Positions 51,301-59,556 of a stretch of DNA of 64,000 nt are shown in pieces (position 1 is the first letter of the stretch; each line of letters opens with the position of its first letter). The position numbers were made by a program, and so were the translations under genes. Origin of the DNA: Tubulanus polymorphus. Taxonomy: Eukaryota > Animalia > Nemertea. Below the pieces are notes generated by a model. It was given only the letters and a program-made list of their open reading frames with translations. It was not told where the DNA came from and did not search any database. The stretch spans positions 8,960,451 through 9,024,450 of the forward strand of contig NC_134035.1 of the NCBI RefSeq assembly GCF_964204645.1. Reading direction: 5' to 3'.

Positions 51301-54300
51301 AACATCAACGAAAGGACGACCCTCGCGACATGGAACTTTTGGACAAACAGTTGCAAATGCAAGAGAACCAGTTGTCAAAGATCATGTTTGAGTTGGCTGA
51401 AAAATCAAAGGTACCTAGAATCGTTTGATGACGGCATTTCACGGTTAACTGATAGTTCATTCGGGTTAAAACATTGATTTGAAATTATTTACAGCAATTA
51501 GAAGAAGTAAGGGCTGAGAATGATAAAGTTGAAATGGATGTAACTTTGTTACGATCTAAAGTTTACGATCTCAGTAAATCTAATAGTTTACCATCAATGG
51601 TGAGTTTCTATACTTCCCTGAGAAAAACGTTTTGTGACTTGTACAGGATTTATTAACAAACCTACGGTTTTCAGACGAGTGAATCTTATCGCGCAAAGAT
51701 GAAACTTAAAGATGAGTTATCGCAAGTTCAGGGTATAATGGATGGACTGAAGTCGGACGCGCAACAACTTTCGGCAGCCATGAATACATTACGCAAGTCT
51801 AACCCTGACCTCACTGGTATGTTCACCTACTGTGATCAATTGACCGATCGGCGTTTGTTTCGTTATGTAGTGAATAATTTCTTGTTGTTGGGATTTTTCA
51901 GCTGTGGATTCGGTTCCGAAAAAAATGAAAAGTAAAACGTACCTAGAAACGGATATGGATACAATGCGTACGGTCGATATCGGCGTGAAAACTCAGGACT
52001 CGGGATTAAGAAGAGCTAATTCGGCTAGAGAAGTAGGAGTGAGTAAAAATTGAAAGTCCTTGGTTTCCTTCCTTCCATATTGTAAATATTGCTCAATTTG
52101 CTTCAATGACACAAATAATGTAATTTTTCAGGAAATTGATGATTCATTTGTGTCATCTGACATGTCACCTATGGATATTAGTCAAGCGGATGACAACACT
52201 AAAAGATATTTTGGTGAGTGAAGTTCTTTGTATCAATTTATACTGCATGCACCAGTAAGGGCTGAAAAGGGAGTGGACTGGATGGACTGGTCCACCCTCT
52301 TCAAAATTCGAATGTGCCTCCCAAAAAGTCCGGAGACGAAGAATAAATCAAAGTGGGCCTTGATTGATGAGAGTCAGAAAAGCCTTTTCTATGGGAGGGC
52401 CACCAGAACCCCCGTGAATGTTTGTGCTTGCAGCCCTCGTATTACCAAATCTGGCCTTATCAAATTGAGTGCTCATTCCAATTTTCCGGTCCACTTTATC
52501 CAAAAAATCCTCGATCCTCCTTGACCAGTAAGATTGAATTTGTCACGTTTGATATCAATAGGTTTGATTCCACCTAAAGAAAGTAAGAAGAATACAGTCA
52601 GAGATGTGAAACGTGAATCAGGCCGTCGTGTTCGAGGCAGTCCAGTTCGTCCTGTAGATCAGTATCAATCAGGTAAATACTTTATAGTCGTCAGGATAAA
52701 ACTGATGTAATTCAAATGCAGCAATTTCTTTCAATGTAGAATTTGCCATTGTTGTTGTTGCAGGAAATCTAACACGGTCACAATCTTTACCGAGAAGTTT
52801 CGAAGTTTCACCGCAGTTTCCTCGTCAAGATGAACCGTCACCGACAGACGATGACCAAGTTGACAGTTTGATCGCTGGCCAGCAACCGTGGAGAAAGGAA
52901 GCGCCGAACCAGAATTCACCGCACGCAATCGCGCCATCACCGACGAACAGCGCCAGTAGTTGGCACGGCAATGATCCGATGAGGAATTATACAGATTTAT
53001 CGCAGCTACCTCCATCTGCCTGGAATTCGGGCAGTTTGCCAAGACATAAACCGGCATCCCAGAGCGAGAACTCCCGAAAATCGCCGTCGACTTATATAAA
53101 TCTGCCAGAGTCGAGAGTAAAGTCGCCATATTCCGATATAAGGGATGAATCACGACTCAGTGGTCAAACCAATTCTCCAAATACGAGCTTCACGCAAAGA
53201 GTTCCATTTGATCCATTACAAACAAGATTCAAATCACCAATCGGCGAACCAGAAATGTCACCGATACGTGTGAATACACCAATCAGAGCACAGATTGTAC
53301 CTGAGATGCAGCAGACGCCTGGTCGCGTACAATCACCAATCAGAGGTCAGATTGTAGCCGAGATGCAGCAGACGCCTGGTAGCGTACAATCACCAATCAG
53401 AGCTCAGACTGAAGCTGAGATGCAGCAGATGCCTGGTCGTGTACAATCACCAATCAGAGCTCAGACTGAAGCTGAGATGCAAACGCCAGTTCACAGGTCA
53501 CCAAATACAGACAGTGAGGTAAGAACTCAATTCTGGCAGCCCCCTCATCTACAGAGAAATAACGAATCTAGTTCCCCTCAACGTTGGAAGCCTTCATATT
53601 CCGATAGTATGCAATCGCCAGTAAATACGCGTAAAGATTATCTCGATTCGGCTCAGAAGGAACCGATCTACGTAAACACTCGATCATATTCATCATTAAC
53701 GCCCGAAAACCGTCCAATTCCAACATCACCATCCGCATCCCGAAAACCGTATGAATCTCCTGAACGTCGATCGACCGCGCCGATGAGAGACTCCCCGACC
53801 CGACGCACCGTCGATTCATCTCAACAACCGCGTAGCGTTTCACCGGCGTTCCGAGGACGTGATTTAGACTTCACTTCGCAAGGAAATCTACCTCAAGCTT
53901 CGCATGTATTTGTAAATGATAGTTTAGACAATAGTTCAGAATTCATGTCACCGCGGACTACGTCTGCCCCTTCTATTTACGATACGCAACGAATAACCGG
54001 TCAATATTTGCCTCCTCGTTACGACGATCACAACTCGGCAGACGATAGTTCTCAGTTCGTTTCTCCGAAATCGACGCCGAATCAACGGTTTTCACCGATG
54101 CCCGGTTCACCGTGGATCGACGATCGTAATTTAGACGTCGATTCGGAAGTTACTTCTTCGAAACCGATGTCTCCGATTTACGACAGAGATCAACGACGCC
54201 CCATTTCACCAGTTACGCAGCAACGAGGACAAATCAGTAATCTGACACGAGCGGCTTCTTCCCCCGCTTCATCTCAACCGAGAAATCACTCCGTAAGTTT

Positions 54301-55884
54301 GTCTTTTCTCTCGTAGATTCATCCTGTCTTATGCCATGAATATGTTGAGATTCATATTCGAGAGAATATAATAATTCAGCCAAAGATGTCAAGTTCTTGG
54401 GTAAAAGGTTAAATATATTTGAACAAAATTTTGGCTAAAGACTAGTAGCCATCATCATCAGTACTGTACCCACAATCGATGGCTTATTGTCTTAAACCGA
54501 AACCTTGTTCAAATATATTTAACCTTTTACTCAATTACTTAACATCTTCGGCTGAATTACTGTTGTGTATCGTCTTGTCTTATGTTGAGATTCTTGTTGA
54601 TTTTTCAGGGATCAACTTCCCACTATGCAAAACCTAATAAACCGAGATACAACAATAATAATGGTAAAAATTTCGCGAGAACGCCGCCATCTAACGACGA
54701 GCCAGCTCAGCTACAAGTTCATACCGATACCGTCAGTACACTTAAGGTAGATTTTTATCCGTAAAAATATTTCTGAATTTATCTGTTATTTCCACGGTAG
54801 TATCAACATTGTTAGAGGGTTAAGGTAAAAATTGTTGAAGATATATATATATATATCCATTGTGAAATTGCAGCGAAGTCGAAGTGAAACGGATCGCGAT
54901 ATCGATGAAATGGATCGACTTTTTGGAGTTCAGAAACAGGTGAATCCGTCCTGGGGCATGCGAGCGAACTATGAATACGACGATGACAGTGATATCATTG
55001 ACAGAGAAATTGTACGTATTGAAAACATAGTTTTCGTTTTACAGTATAGTACAGTAATAGTATTGATTTAGATTTGTTTTTTGTTTTGATTATTGCAGTT
55101 ACGTTCGCCCGAACTGATTGAGATTCCAGAACGATATATCCCCGAGGTAGAAAATCTGACCGAATTTGAGTATGAGAAACGTCAGGAAAAAGCTGAAAAA
55201 CTACGGAGACTTCTGTCTGCTCAGAGGTATGGGTGCGCCGCCTTTAGTGTAGAATTGTGTTGATTTTTCATACTTCGCTAGTTGCTTGATAGTATTTGCA
55301 AGAATTAACGAATCGCCATCCATTCGAATTTTCCTAAACTGACTCAATGTTCAATTAAGTTTGACGAAAATAATAGGCGCCATCTATTGGAATTATCGTG
55401 AACTGACTTTTCTCCATTAATGAGACATTAGAACTTTTCCTTTAATCTTGAAATCTTCTGTTTCGTTTATAGCATGCAAGAATTCACGCACGCAGAAATT
55501 GACAACAATGGCAGCCGAGAGATGGACGTACATGACAAAGTGAACCAGGAGAAACTGCAGAGGCAGGCGGTATTAGAGATGAGACAGTCCATAGCTAAAC
55601 AAGTCATACAACGCAGTAAAGAGGTTGCAGGTAAATTCCACACTCAAATTTTTCTGATAATCCAATCTACATGCGATTCAAATAAGGGTTTGGCATTTCT
55701 GAGTATTTTGAATGCGCAATTTATTTAGCAGGAAGAGGTCACGTGCATGGCGCTAGCCTTCGTAATCAAATAATGTTTGAAATGGATAACTCTGAACGTG
55801 TTTTGTATTTCAGAGGCGGCGAAACAGAGAAATGACGAGCGTAGGCGTACACTGTCGGGAGGAGCTGTTGAGTTAAAAACCTGA
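6486..55884 (+). CDS. PLEKHA5/6/7-like (kramer-like) WW-PH-coiled-coil protein, 5'-partial, 28 coding exons, ~2360 aa with the giant exon
   Basis: Hand-spliced GT-AG exons with consistent phase: 6486-6560, 23278-23356, 23543-23586, 38489-38643, 39639-39742, 40469-40578, 41294-41990, 44017-44104, 45729-47804, 49301-49443, 49777-49872, 50211-50335, 50423-50516, 50597-50698, 50782-50916, 51102-51182, 51261-51410, 51495-51599, 51675-51816, 51902-52038, 52132-52213, 52562-52672, 52764-54292, 54609-54746, 54874-55011, 55099-55226, 55473-55630, 55814-55884 (TGA). PH motif RGWLYKQ..WKRRWCVLADFCLFYYK; HEELVLLLIQLRR; IPERYIPE..KAEKLRRLL as in PLEKHA5/6/7 and kramer. Confidence 0.9.
7546..7959. mobile_element. 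piggyBac-like MITE, diverged, right end duplicated
   Basis: TTAACCCTTTCAGCG start; CACTGAAAGG ends at ~7814 and ~7959. Confidence 0.8.
11018..13462. repeat. 36-41-bp minisatellite array, ~2.4 kb (GATATTCTCATATCCAGGGAGGAGGGTTAGAAGAAGATGAT)
   Basis: About 60 contiguous copies with recurring variants. Confidence 0.97.
13955..14225. mobile_element. MITE family A copy
   Basis: CATGGTGGCCACTTACC...AAGTGGCCACCTTG; internal match to 37365 copy. Confidence 0.8.
14865..15305. repeat. ~165-bp tandem repeat, ~3 copies
   Basis: CGGAAACTCCCGTGTGACTTAC...ATCTATCTGTAGCCTGAACGC-like block recurs at ~14886, ~15051, ~15215. Confidence 0.85.
17328..17820. repeat. (CT)n/(CTCTCC)n microsatellite
   Basis: Direct inspection. 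Confidence 0.95.
18533..18814. mobile_element. piggyBac-like MITE
   Basis: TTAA on both sides, TIR CCCTTTCAGTG/CACTGAAAGGG; homologous to 33506 and 7546 copies. Confidence 0.88.
19704..19800. repeat. (CTG)n microsatellite, intronic
   Basis: More than 25 CTG units. Confidence 0.95.
20714..20890. repeat. ~77-bp tandem duplication
   Basis: AAAGGGC.ACCTCAATCTGAAGGC.GTGGTC.GGATCCTTCAGACCA..CCTGAGAGGAAGGGGTGG twice. Confidence 0.85.
22975..23190. repeat. Degenerate ~39-bp tandem repeat (GGAACTGGATCCAGAGTCAAGCTAAACCC...)
   Basis: 5-6 diverged copies. Confidence 0.7.
23278..23356 (+). CDS. PLEKHA-like linker exon (ISVDSNSARQ...NVNNN)
   Basis: Strong T-rich acceptor, gtaagc donor, open frame, phases 2/0 fit neighbours. 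Confidence 0.7.
23543..23586 (+). CDS. PLEKHA-like short exon (VSVRKSMPAPDKKK)
   Basis: tttgtttttcag acceptor, gtaatg donor; phase 2 joins PH exon as KKKRILDR. Confidence 0.7.
23605..24340. repeat. 39-bp minisatellite (CAGATACCGAATATCTGGGACATTCTACGTAAACACAGC..)
   Basis: About 18 tandem copies starting just after the exon 3 donor. Confidence 0.95.
25380..26090. repeat. 20-bp minisatellite grading into a 40-bp dimeric unit
   Basis: GGTACATTATCATTGATACA units, then (GGTACAGTATCACTGATACC AGTGCTTTATCATCAATGCA) x6. Confidence 0.95.
26401..26696. mobile_element. MITE family C (TIR AGCC.CGATCACAC); copies 27929-28165, 35261-35545, fragments ~21658, ~32276, ~61270
   Basis: Inverted termini AGCCTCGAT/ATCGAGGCT; shared GGCACGGGCCAAATTTG subterminal repeats. 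Confidence 0.8.
27703..27720. promoter_or_regulatory. CTCF-like motif GTGCCATCTAGCGG
   Basis: Close match to CTCF core consensus; motif only. Confidence 0.35.
28218..28461. mobile_element. MITE family A copy
   Basis: Internal GATTGCTAGATC / CTTAGCAGATCAAGTCAGGGAAA; ends AAGTGGCCACCCTG. Confidence 0.8.
29395..29722. repeat. (GACA)n microsatellite and derived minisatellite
   Basis: Direct inspection. Confidence 0.9.
30538..30876. mobile_element. Degenerate foldback element
   Basis: GCCTCCC..ACCCTTCGTTGGTCTATTAC..CCAATCAGATG vs CATCTGATTGG..GTAATAGATCGATGAAGGGT..GGGAGGC. Confidence 0.65.
32672..32939 (-). mobile_element. tRNA-derived SINE
   Basis: Minus strand: A-box GGTAGCTCAGTTGGTAGAG, B-box-like GGTTCGGAACC, tail GGGACGTAAAAC; flanked by TTTAAG duplication. 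Confidence 0.8.
33506..33791. mobile_element. piggyBac-like MITE
   Basis: TTAA on both sides, TIR CCCTTTCAGTGC/GCACTGAAAGGG. Confidence 0.88.
33880..34185. mobile_element. MITE family B (termini related to A, different interior); other copies ~3690-3951, ~6590-6835, 7176-7338
   Basis: Shared ACCTGGAAAACTCAGGGAATT..GATAATGCT..TGACCACG..GTGTAATCACACGGAAAAATCAG. Confidence 0.75.
36050..36475 (-). mobile_element. CR1/L2-like LINE 3' fragment (degenerate ORF2 C-terminus)
   Basis: RRNRVDKIEVYKYLYGFYKVD, frameshift, then LDVRANYFSNRVLNSWNGVPSSVVSAPSLKFFKNRQDK, typical CR1-clade ORF2 end. Confidence 0.85.
37365..37622. mobile_element. MITE family A (hAT-like termini CAGGGTGGCCA...TGGCCACCCTG)
   Basis: Perfect 11-bp TIR; related copies at 13955-14225, 28218-28461, 32610-33069, 49461-49714. 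Confidence 0.85.
38489..38643 (+). CDS. PH domain exon 1
   Basis: VSMRGWLYKQERGAIRTWKRRWCVLADFCLFYYK; AG/GT boundaries. Confidence 0.95.
39639..39742 (+). CDS. PH domain exon 2
   Basis: GSILLPSYKVNPCSREDGIKRKFAFK, PLEKHA-type PH middle. Confidence 0.95.
39930..40036. mobile_element. ~105-bp MITE family D (TIR G.CCAGTTCCACAG), Harbinger-like; copies 21783-21888, 49901-50074
   Basis: Inverted termini CCAGTTCCACAGT/ACTGTGGAACTGG, CWG-like flanks. Confidence 0.75.
40099..40328. mobile_element. Palindromic Penelope-like remnant with hammerhead-like core
   Basis: ~95-bp inverted arms; CTGATGA...GAAAGCTTG then AATAAA. Confidence 0.65.
40469..40578 (+). CDS. PH domain exon 3
   Basis: IEHENMQTYYFAAENKDDMHRWMNVISLA, PH C-terminal helix with conserved W. 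Confidence 0.95.
41294..41990 (+). CDS. PLEKHA-like disordered-region exon
   Basis: Within 247-aa ORF; ttcttctcag acceptor, gtaaaa donor; phases 2/0. Confidence 0.85.
42099..42313. mobile_element. Palindromic Penelope-like remnant with hammerhead-like core
   Basis: Inverted arms; minus strand CTGAAGAAGGGTGGTAGCAACCATCCGAAATATTTC then AATAAA. Confidence 0.65.
43113..43476. mobile_element. Young MITE with perfect ~45-bp TIRs
   Basis: TAAAGCCTAGCGCACATCGACACTGCGATTGGAGACAACTAGTTGC and its exact reverse complement. Confidence 0.9.
44017..44104 (+). CDS. PLEKHA-like exon (EQRSVPKL...WQIHR)
   Basis: ctattttag acceptor, gttagt donor; needed to bridge phase 0 to phase 1. Confidence 0.75.
44208..44397. 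mobile_element. MITE with TIR CCGGTTCCATAGTT
   Basis: CCGGTTCCATAGTT...AACTATGGAACCGG; internal TTAAGACCA repeats. Confidence 0.8.
45308..45354. repeat. (TA)n microsatellite
   Basis: Direct inspection. Confidence 0.95.
45729..47804 (+). CDS. Giant 2076-bp phase 1-1 exon with polyQ and FVDPQLADPR repeats; candidate cassette or alternative terminal exon
   Basis: 700-aa ORF; cttacttcag acceptor; ACAG/gtttgt donor just before stop at 47812; length divisible by 3. Confidence 0.75.
48083..48349. mobile_element. hAT-like MITE (CAAGGGCGGAT...ATCCGCCCTTG)
   Basis: 11-bp inverted termini. Confidence 0.7.
49301..52672 (+). CDS. Cluster of 13 small PLEKHA-like exons encoding the coiled-coil region
   Basis: RLSIQMADLEGKS-HEELVLLLIQLRR, PLVNLLDNLVKMGSLY, heptad-rich segments; all junctions GT-AG and in phase. 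Confidence 0.9.
49461..49714. mobile_element. MITE family A copy in a small PLEKHA intron
   Basis: CAGGGTGGCCACTTACC start, AAAGTGGCTACTCT end. Confidence 0.8.
52764..54292 (+). CDS. Ser/Pro-rich 1529-bp exon with a 19-aa repeat
   Basis: Covers the 482-aa ORF; ttgcag acceptor, gtaagt donor. Confidence 0.9.
54372..54559. mobile_element. Palindromic Penelope-like remnant, decayed core
   Basis: ~55-bp near-perfect arms; minus strand CTGATGATGATGGCTA...TAGCCAAAA. Confidence 0.55.
54609..55884 (+). CDS. Last five PLEKHA-like exons (C-terminus ...LSGGAVELKT*)
   Basis: PELIEIPERYIPE...KAEKLRRLLSAQS conserved C-terminal motif; stop at 55882-55884. Confidence 0.9.
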
Positions 55885-56620
55885 GTCAAGTAACACGGTC
55901 CTATATATATATATACACACACTGCCTTGAATTTGTTTGTGTCGAATGAAATGTAGTACGGTAGATTTTATTGTTTTTTACTATAATGTAACCAGCTACG
56001 AGTTGAGTTGCTTCGATTGGAAATGTTTTATGAAATGACCATATGGTGTTATTGTTAAGGTTTAGATCGAGTGATGATCACGGAGATGTACACTTGTTTT
56101 TTAATCGCAGTTCTTCCTTTGTTAGTAAAGAAAACATCCTTACAGCCAAGTATGATTGAGTGAAAGAGATTATGGAAAGTCTTGTATTGTAAAAACAATT
56201 TTCGTGATTGTTTTCTGTATTCAGTAGATAAAAGAAGAGAGCATTTTGTATCATATCTATATTTATGTATGGTAAGAAGATCTCCTTATCTTATATAGAA
56301 ATGCTCATAATTCAACATATACCAAATTATTATCGAATACTATATGCGTTGCTGGAGTGGTCCATGCAGTTTTCATGATATAACTTAAACAAAGCATATC
56401 AATGAGGAAGAGAGTTATAAGACTATTAACCTTATGTAGCTTTTTATCTTTTAAAGTAATAGAAAAGTTGTTTGTCTTCCTTCATATTTTTGATTAACTT
56501 CAGCTGATAATAAGCTGTTTATTAGATGTATTGTCATTAAAGAACTGGGTCCGATGTTGGACTCTGAATTCGCAGAACTTTCTACTCTTAATTGTTAATC
56601 TGTCCTAATGAATGATACGT

Positions 56621-57118
56621 AACCCCTTGAAATTGATAATTATTAGTATTGATATCAAATCATTCGTAATTTTCGATCCAGTGTTCCTAGTGTAATTATC
56701 ATAAAACAGTTTATTCTATTTGATCCAAGTTCTGTTTGTTTTGTTCATAAGACTGGTTGATAAAAGAGTCTCTCTTTTACGTTGTTTGTCTTGTTACAAT
56801 GTTGAGATTTCCTATTTGTTAAATAGTTGGTAATTTTGTAAGTAATTTCATTGTGATATTGATATATTTAGATAATATAAATAAAAGCCTATTTACCATA
56901 ATTTACTGTTGTTTTTTTAGTTTTGTAGCTCTGATGCTTAATAATGAATTGGGATCATTTCAAACTGGGAGATCTCTGAACGGTATCGTATATGATTGTT
57001 GGGTATTAGTTAAATGAATTAGTTCGGCTGAAAATGACGCCAAAGGAGCCGAAGAAACGACTGTCAAACAATACCGCGTAATAAGGTTGCAGTACCGTAT
57101 GATCCCCTAGCGGAATTT
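56621..57118 (+). repeat. Diverged direct repeat, copy 1 (PLEKHA distal 3'UTR and downstream flank)
   Basis: Collinear blocks shared with 62925-63352. Confidence 0.85.
56880..56885 (+). terminator. Candidate polyadenylation signal of the PLEKHA-like gene
   Basis: AATAAA ~1 kb after the stop in AT-rich UTR, followed by a GT/T-rich tract. Confidence 0.5.
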
Positions 57119-57496
57119 CAGTGAACTAATGTATTGCGGGGTAGCGAAACCCGAGAAAAACTGAACATCACCGCAAATATAATAAAGATCATCGTTTATT
57201 TGAATTTACAAATTACAATTCGCGATCTAGTTCTCCAGTTTTCAGTTCAGCTTGACACTAAGAGTTGAGATTAAAGTTGATTCAATGCTTTGACCCTAGA
57301 GACAATTTAAACCCGAGAACTGCGTAATTATCCTTACTGTGTAGCTTTAGTTTAAATACAGTTCTACGAACTCACCGAGGAAAAAGTTCCGTCCAAAACT
57401 GTTCAATGTCAAAACACTGAAGCAAAAAAAGCGAGGCGTCGAGCAAAAAACTGTTTCTTTCTTGGGAATTTAAATTAGTACGGAAAAGGACTTTTG

Positions 57497-57762
57497 TATG
57501 GTGGCTGATTGGGGCCAAACTAAAAAATTTTTCTGTACGGCTAAAGCACCAATACCAATTTTTCACATTGGCCCGTTTTTTTTGTTTTCTCGCGCGAGAA
57601 TTCAAAACTTTTGGTTTTCTCGCGCGAGAAAACTAAACATTTTGGTTTGAAAAAATGTTTCTGACTGGCAAGAAACTGGACAAAAATTTTTGTGAAAAAT
57701 TTTTTATCGGTGCTTTAGCCGTACAGAAAATTCTTTTAGTATGGCCCGAATCAGCCACCATA
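57497..57762. mobile_element. Foldback MITE, TA-flanked
   Basis: TATGGTGGCTGATT...CTGTACGGCTAAAGCACC and reverse complement, ~70-bp arms. Confidence 0.85.
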
Positions 57763-58356
57763 TGATACAACCTATACAATATGAAATCTAAATCCATATC
57801 AAATCTATATACATTGAAACATTAGACACACTGAAATAAACCAAACACATCAAACAAAGACAAAAAAAATTCAGCACCACGCATAAAGACAAAAAAGATT
57901 CAATCGCGAACAGTCATGTCGACGTCACGAATGTTGTTCATCAATCGCGGTTTAGCGCCGGCAGCGAAATGAAAATATTGAAATACTTGGAAAAAAGGAC
58001 AATGATTAAAGTCGGATTTCGTTGATGGATTTTCTGTGTTATGGCGCTGATTTTTCACTGTCATTCGAGTCAACTTTATTGATGTCTATGAAATTGCATT
58101 CAGCGTATCATAGACCGCATCATATTGATAATCACTATTCACAAGCGTCAATTAGCATATGAGAGCTATTAATGAAATAACTTTTGAAAAAATAATTCAT
58201 ATCTCCGGGAACCGCTGCGAGAGTCGTTGTCGTTTTGAATTTTATTTCGACGAAGTTATAAGCAACCAAGGTTAAAAGGAGTAAAAAGAGAGAAGGGTAT
58301 AAAGACAAAGAAAGGGAGGCTGGAAATATAAAATGATTTCACCAGCTTTTGCTCAA

Positions 58357-59556
58357 TCACGTATATACTATTGGAAAGTCAGTAAACTTTTTAACGTCGT
58401 ATTCTTTGTTTGAGATTCCAAACCGTTCACAAAGTTCCAACAATGTTTCTTTCGCTTCTTCTAAATTATCAGTTTTAACGCCTAAATGACAAATCGGTCT
58501 TTCTGTATCAGTATCGACAACATCATCAGTTGTACAGGATTGAATTTGGATGAACTGAATTTCACCAGATTTGTACAATTCATTGATTTCATCTATTCGA
58601 TTCCAAATATGAGCGTGAACTGATTGTAAACAAATAACACCTACAAGTTGTCCACTAGGGGTAGGTTTGTAGATGTGAGGCTTCACTGCGCAGGCGCACA
58701 CGAACACACATCTCAGTAAATCAACTCTGTAACATTCCTTTATCCAATTCCACACGTAAAACCCTCCCATTCGAGCATTTATTTCGATCAGTTTCGGACC
58801 CATCGATGTCATTACAATGTCGACATTAAAAACACCACTAGTCAAACCTATTGTCGAACAACATTGATAAGCAGCGGAGATCATCTGTGTTATCTTATCT
58901 GGAGGTAAGCATGATGGCATCGTAACCCCAGTTCCCGTTAGACACCCTTCCCTAGTTGGACCGAAGTCAGACAGAAACGCGGCGATCAACTGACGCTTGA
59001 ACATGACTATATCAACTCCATGTCGAGGCCCTTCTAGAAACGGCATCATCATCATACTAGTTCCAAAACTTATCCCAAGTCCAGGTAGATCATCTTCTGA
59101 GCTCAGTTTCTTTTGTACAAGATTGAAATAAGTTTTACATTCGTTTTTATTTTGAACGCGTTTAGCTCCTACTGAAGCTGCTCCGAATTCACGTTTGATG
59201 ATGTCACGTTCGGTTTCTATTTCGACGCTTTTTTCAGCGTAAATTCGCGCTTGAGGAAAATGTTTATATTCGCTTCGACTTTGGAAAAGAGTTTTTTGTG
59301 TCGATGATTTTTGCTTAGCGATTCTACAACCATTAAGACCGGAACCGTTCAGAGATAATAACTCACAAATGTGAGCGCACAAACGAATGCAATCTTCCCA
59401 AATTGTACAACAACCATCTATTTTAAGACGACAATTAGCGAGTATTTTGCTGATATTGATGGCGTGTTGCTCGTCTCGAGTGTGATCCGTAAAGTCATAA
59501 TCGATAAATTGGGTTACATCTGGAATGTCACGTGACTTGCGGTCAACAAGAATGAT
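58357..59556 (-). CDS. Still-open terminal exon of the CARNS1-like gene (ATP-grasp domain)
   Basis: ctatgttttag acceptor; open frame IILVDRK... through 341-aa ORF; LIEINARMGG ATP-grasp motif. Confidence 0.85.
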   Translation of the reverse strand: MILVDRKSRDIPDVTQFIDYDFTDHTRDEQHAINISKILANCRLKIDGCCTIWEDCIRLCAHICELLSLNGSGLNGCRIAKQKSSTQKTLFQSRSEYKHFPQARIYAEKSVEIETERDIIKREFGAASVGAKRVQNKNECKTYFNLVQKKLSSEDDLPGLGISFGTSMMMMPFLEGPRHGVDIVMFKRQLIAAFLSDFGPTREGCLTGTGVTMPSCLPPDKITQMISAAYQCCSTIGLTSGVFNVDIVMTSMGPKLIEINARMGGFYVWNWIKECYRVDLLRCVFVCACAVKPHIYKPTPSGQLVGVICLQSVHAHIWNRIDEINELYKSGEIQFIQIQSCTTDDVVDTDTERPICHLGVKTDNLEEAKETLLELCERFGISNKEYDVKKFTDFPIVYT

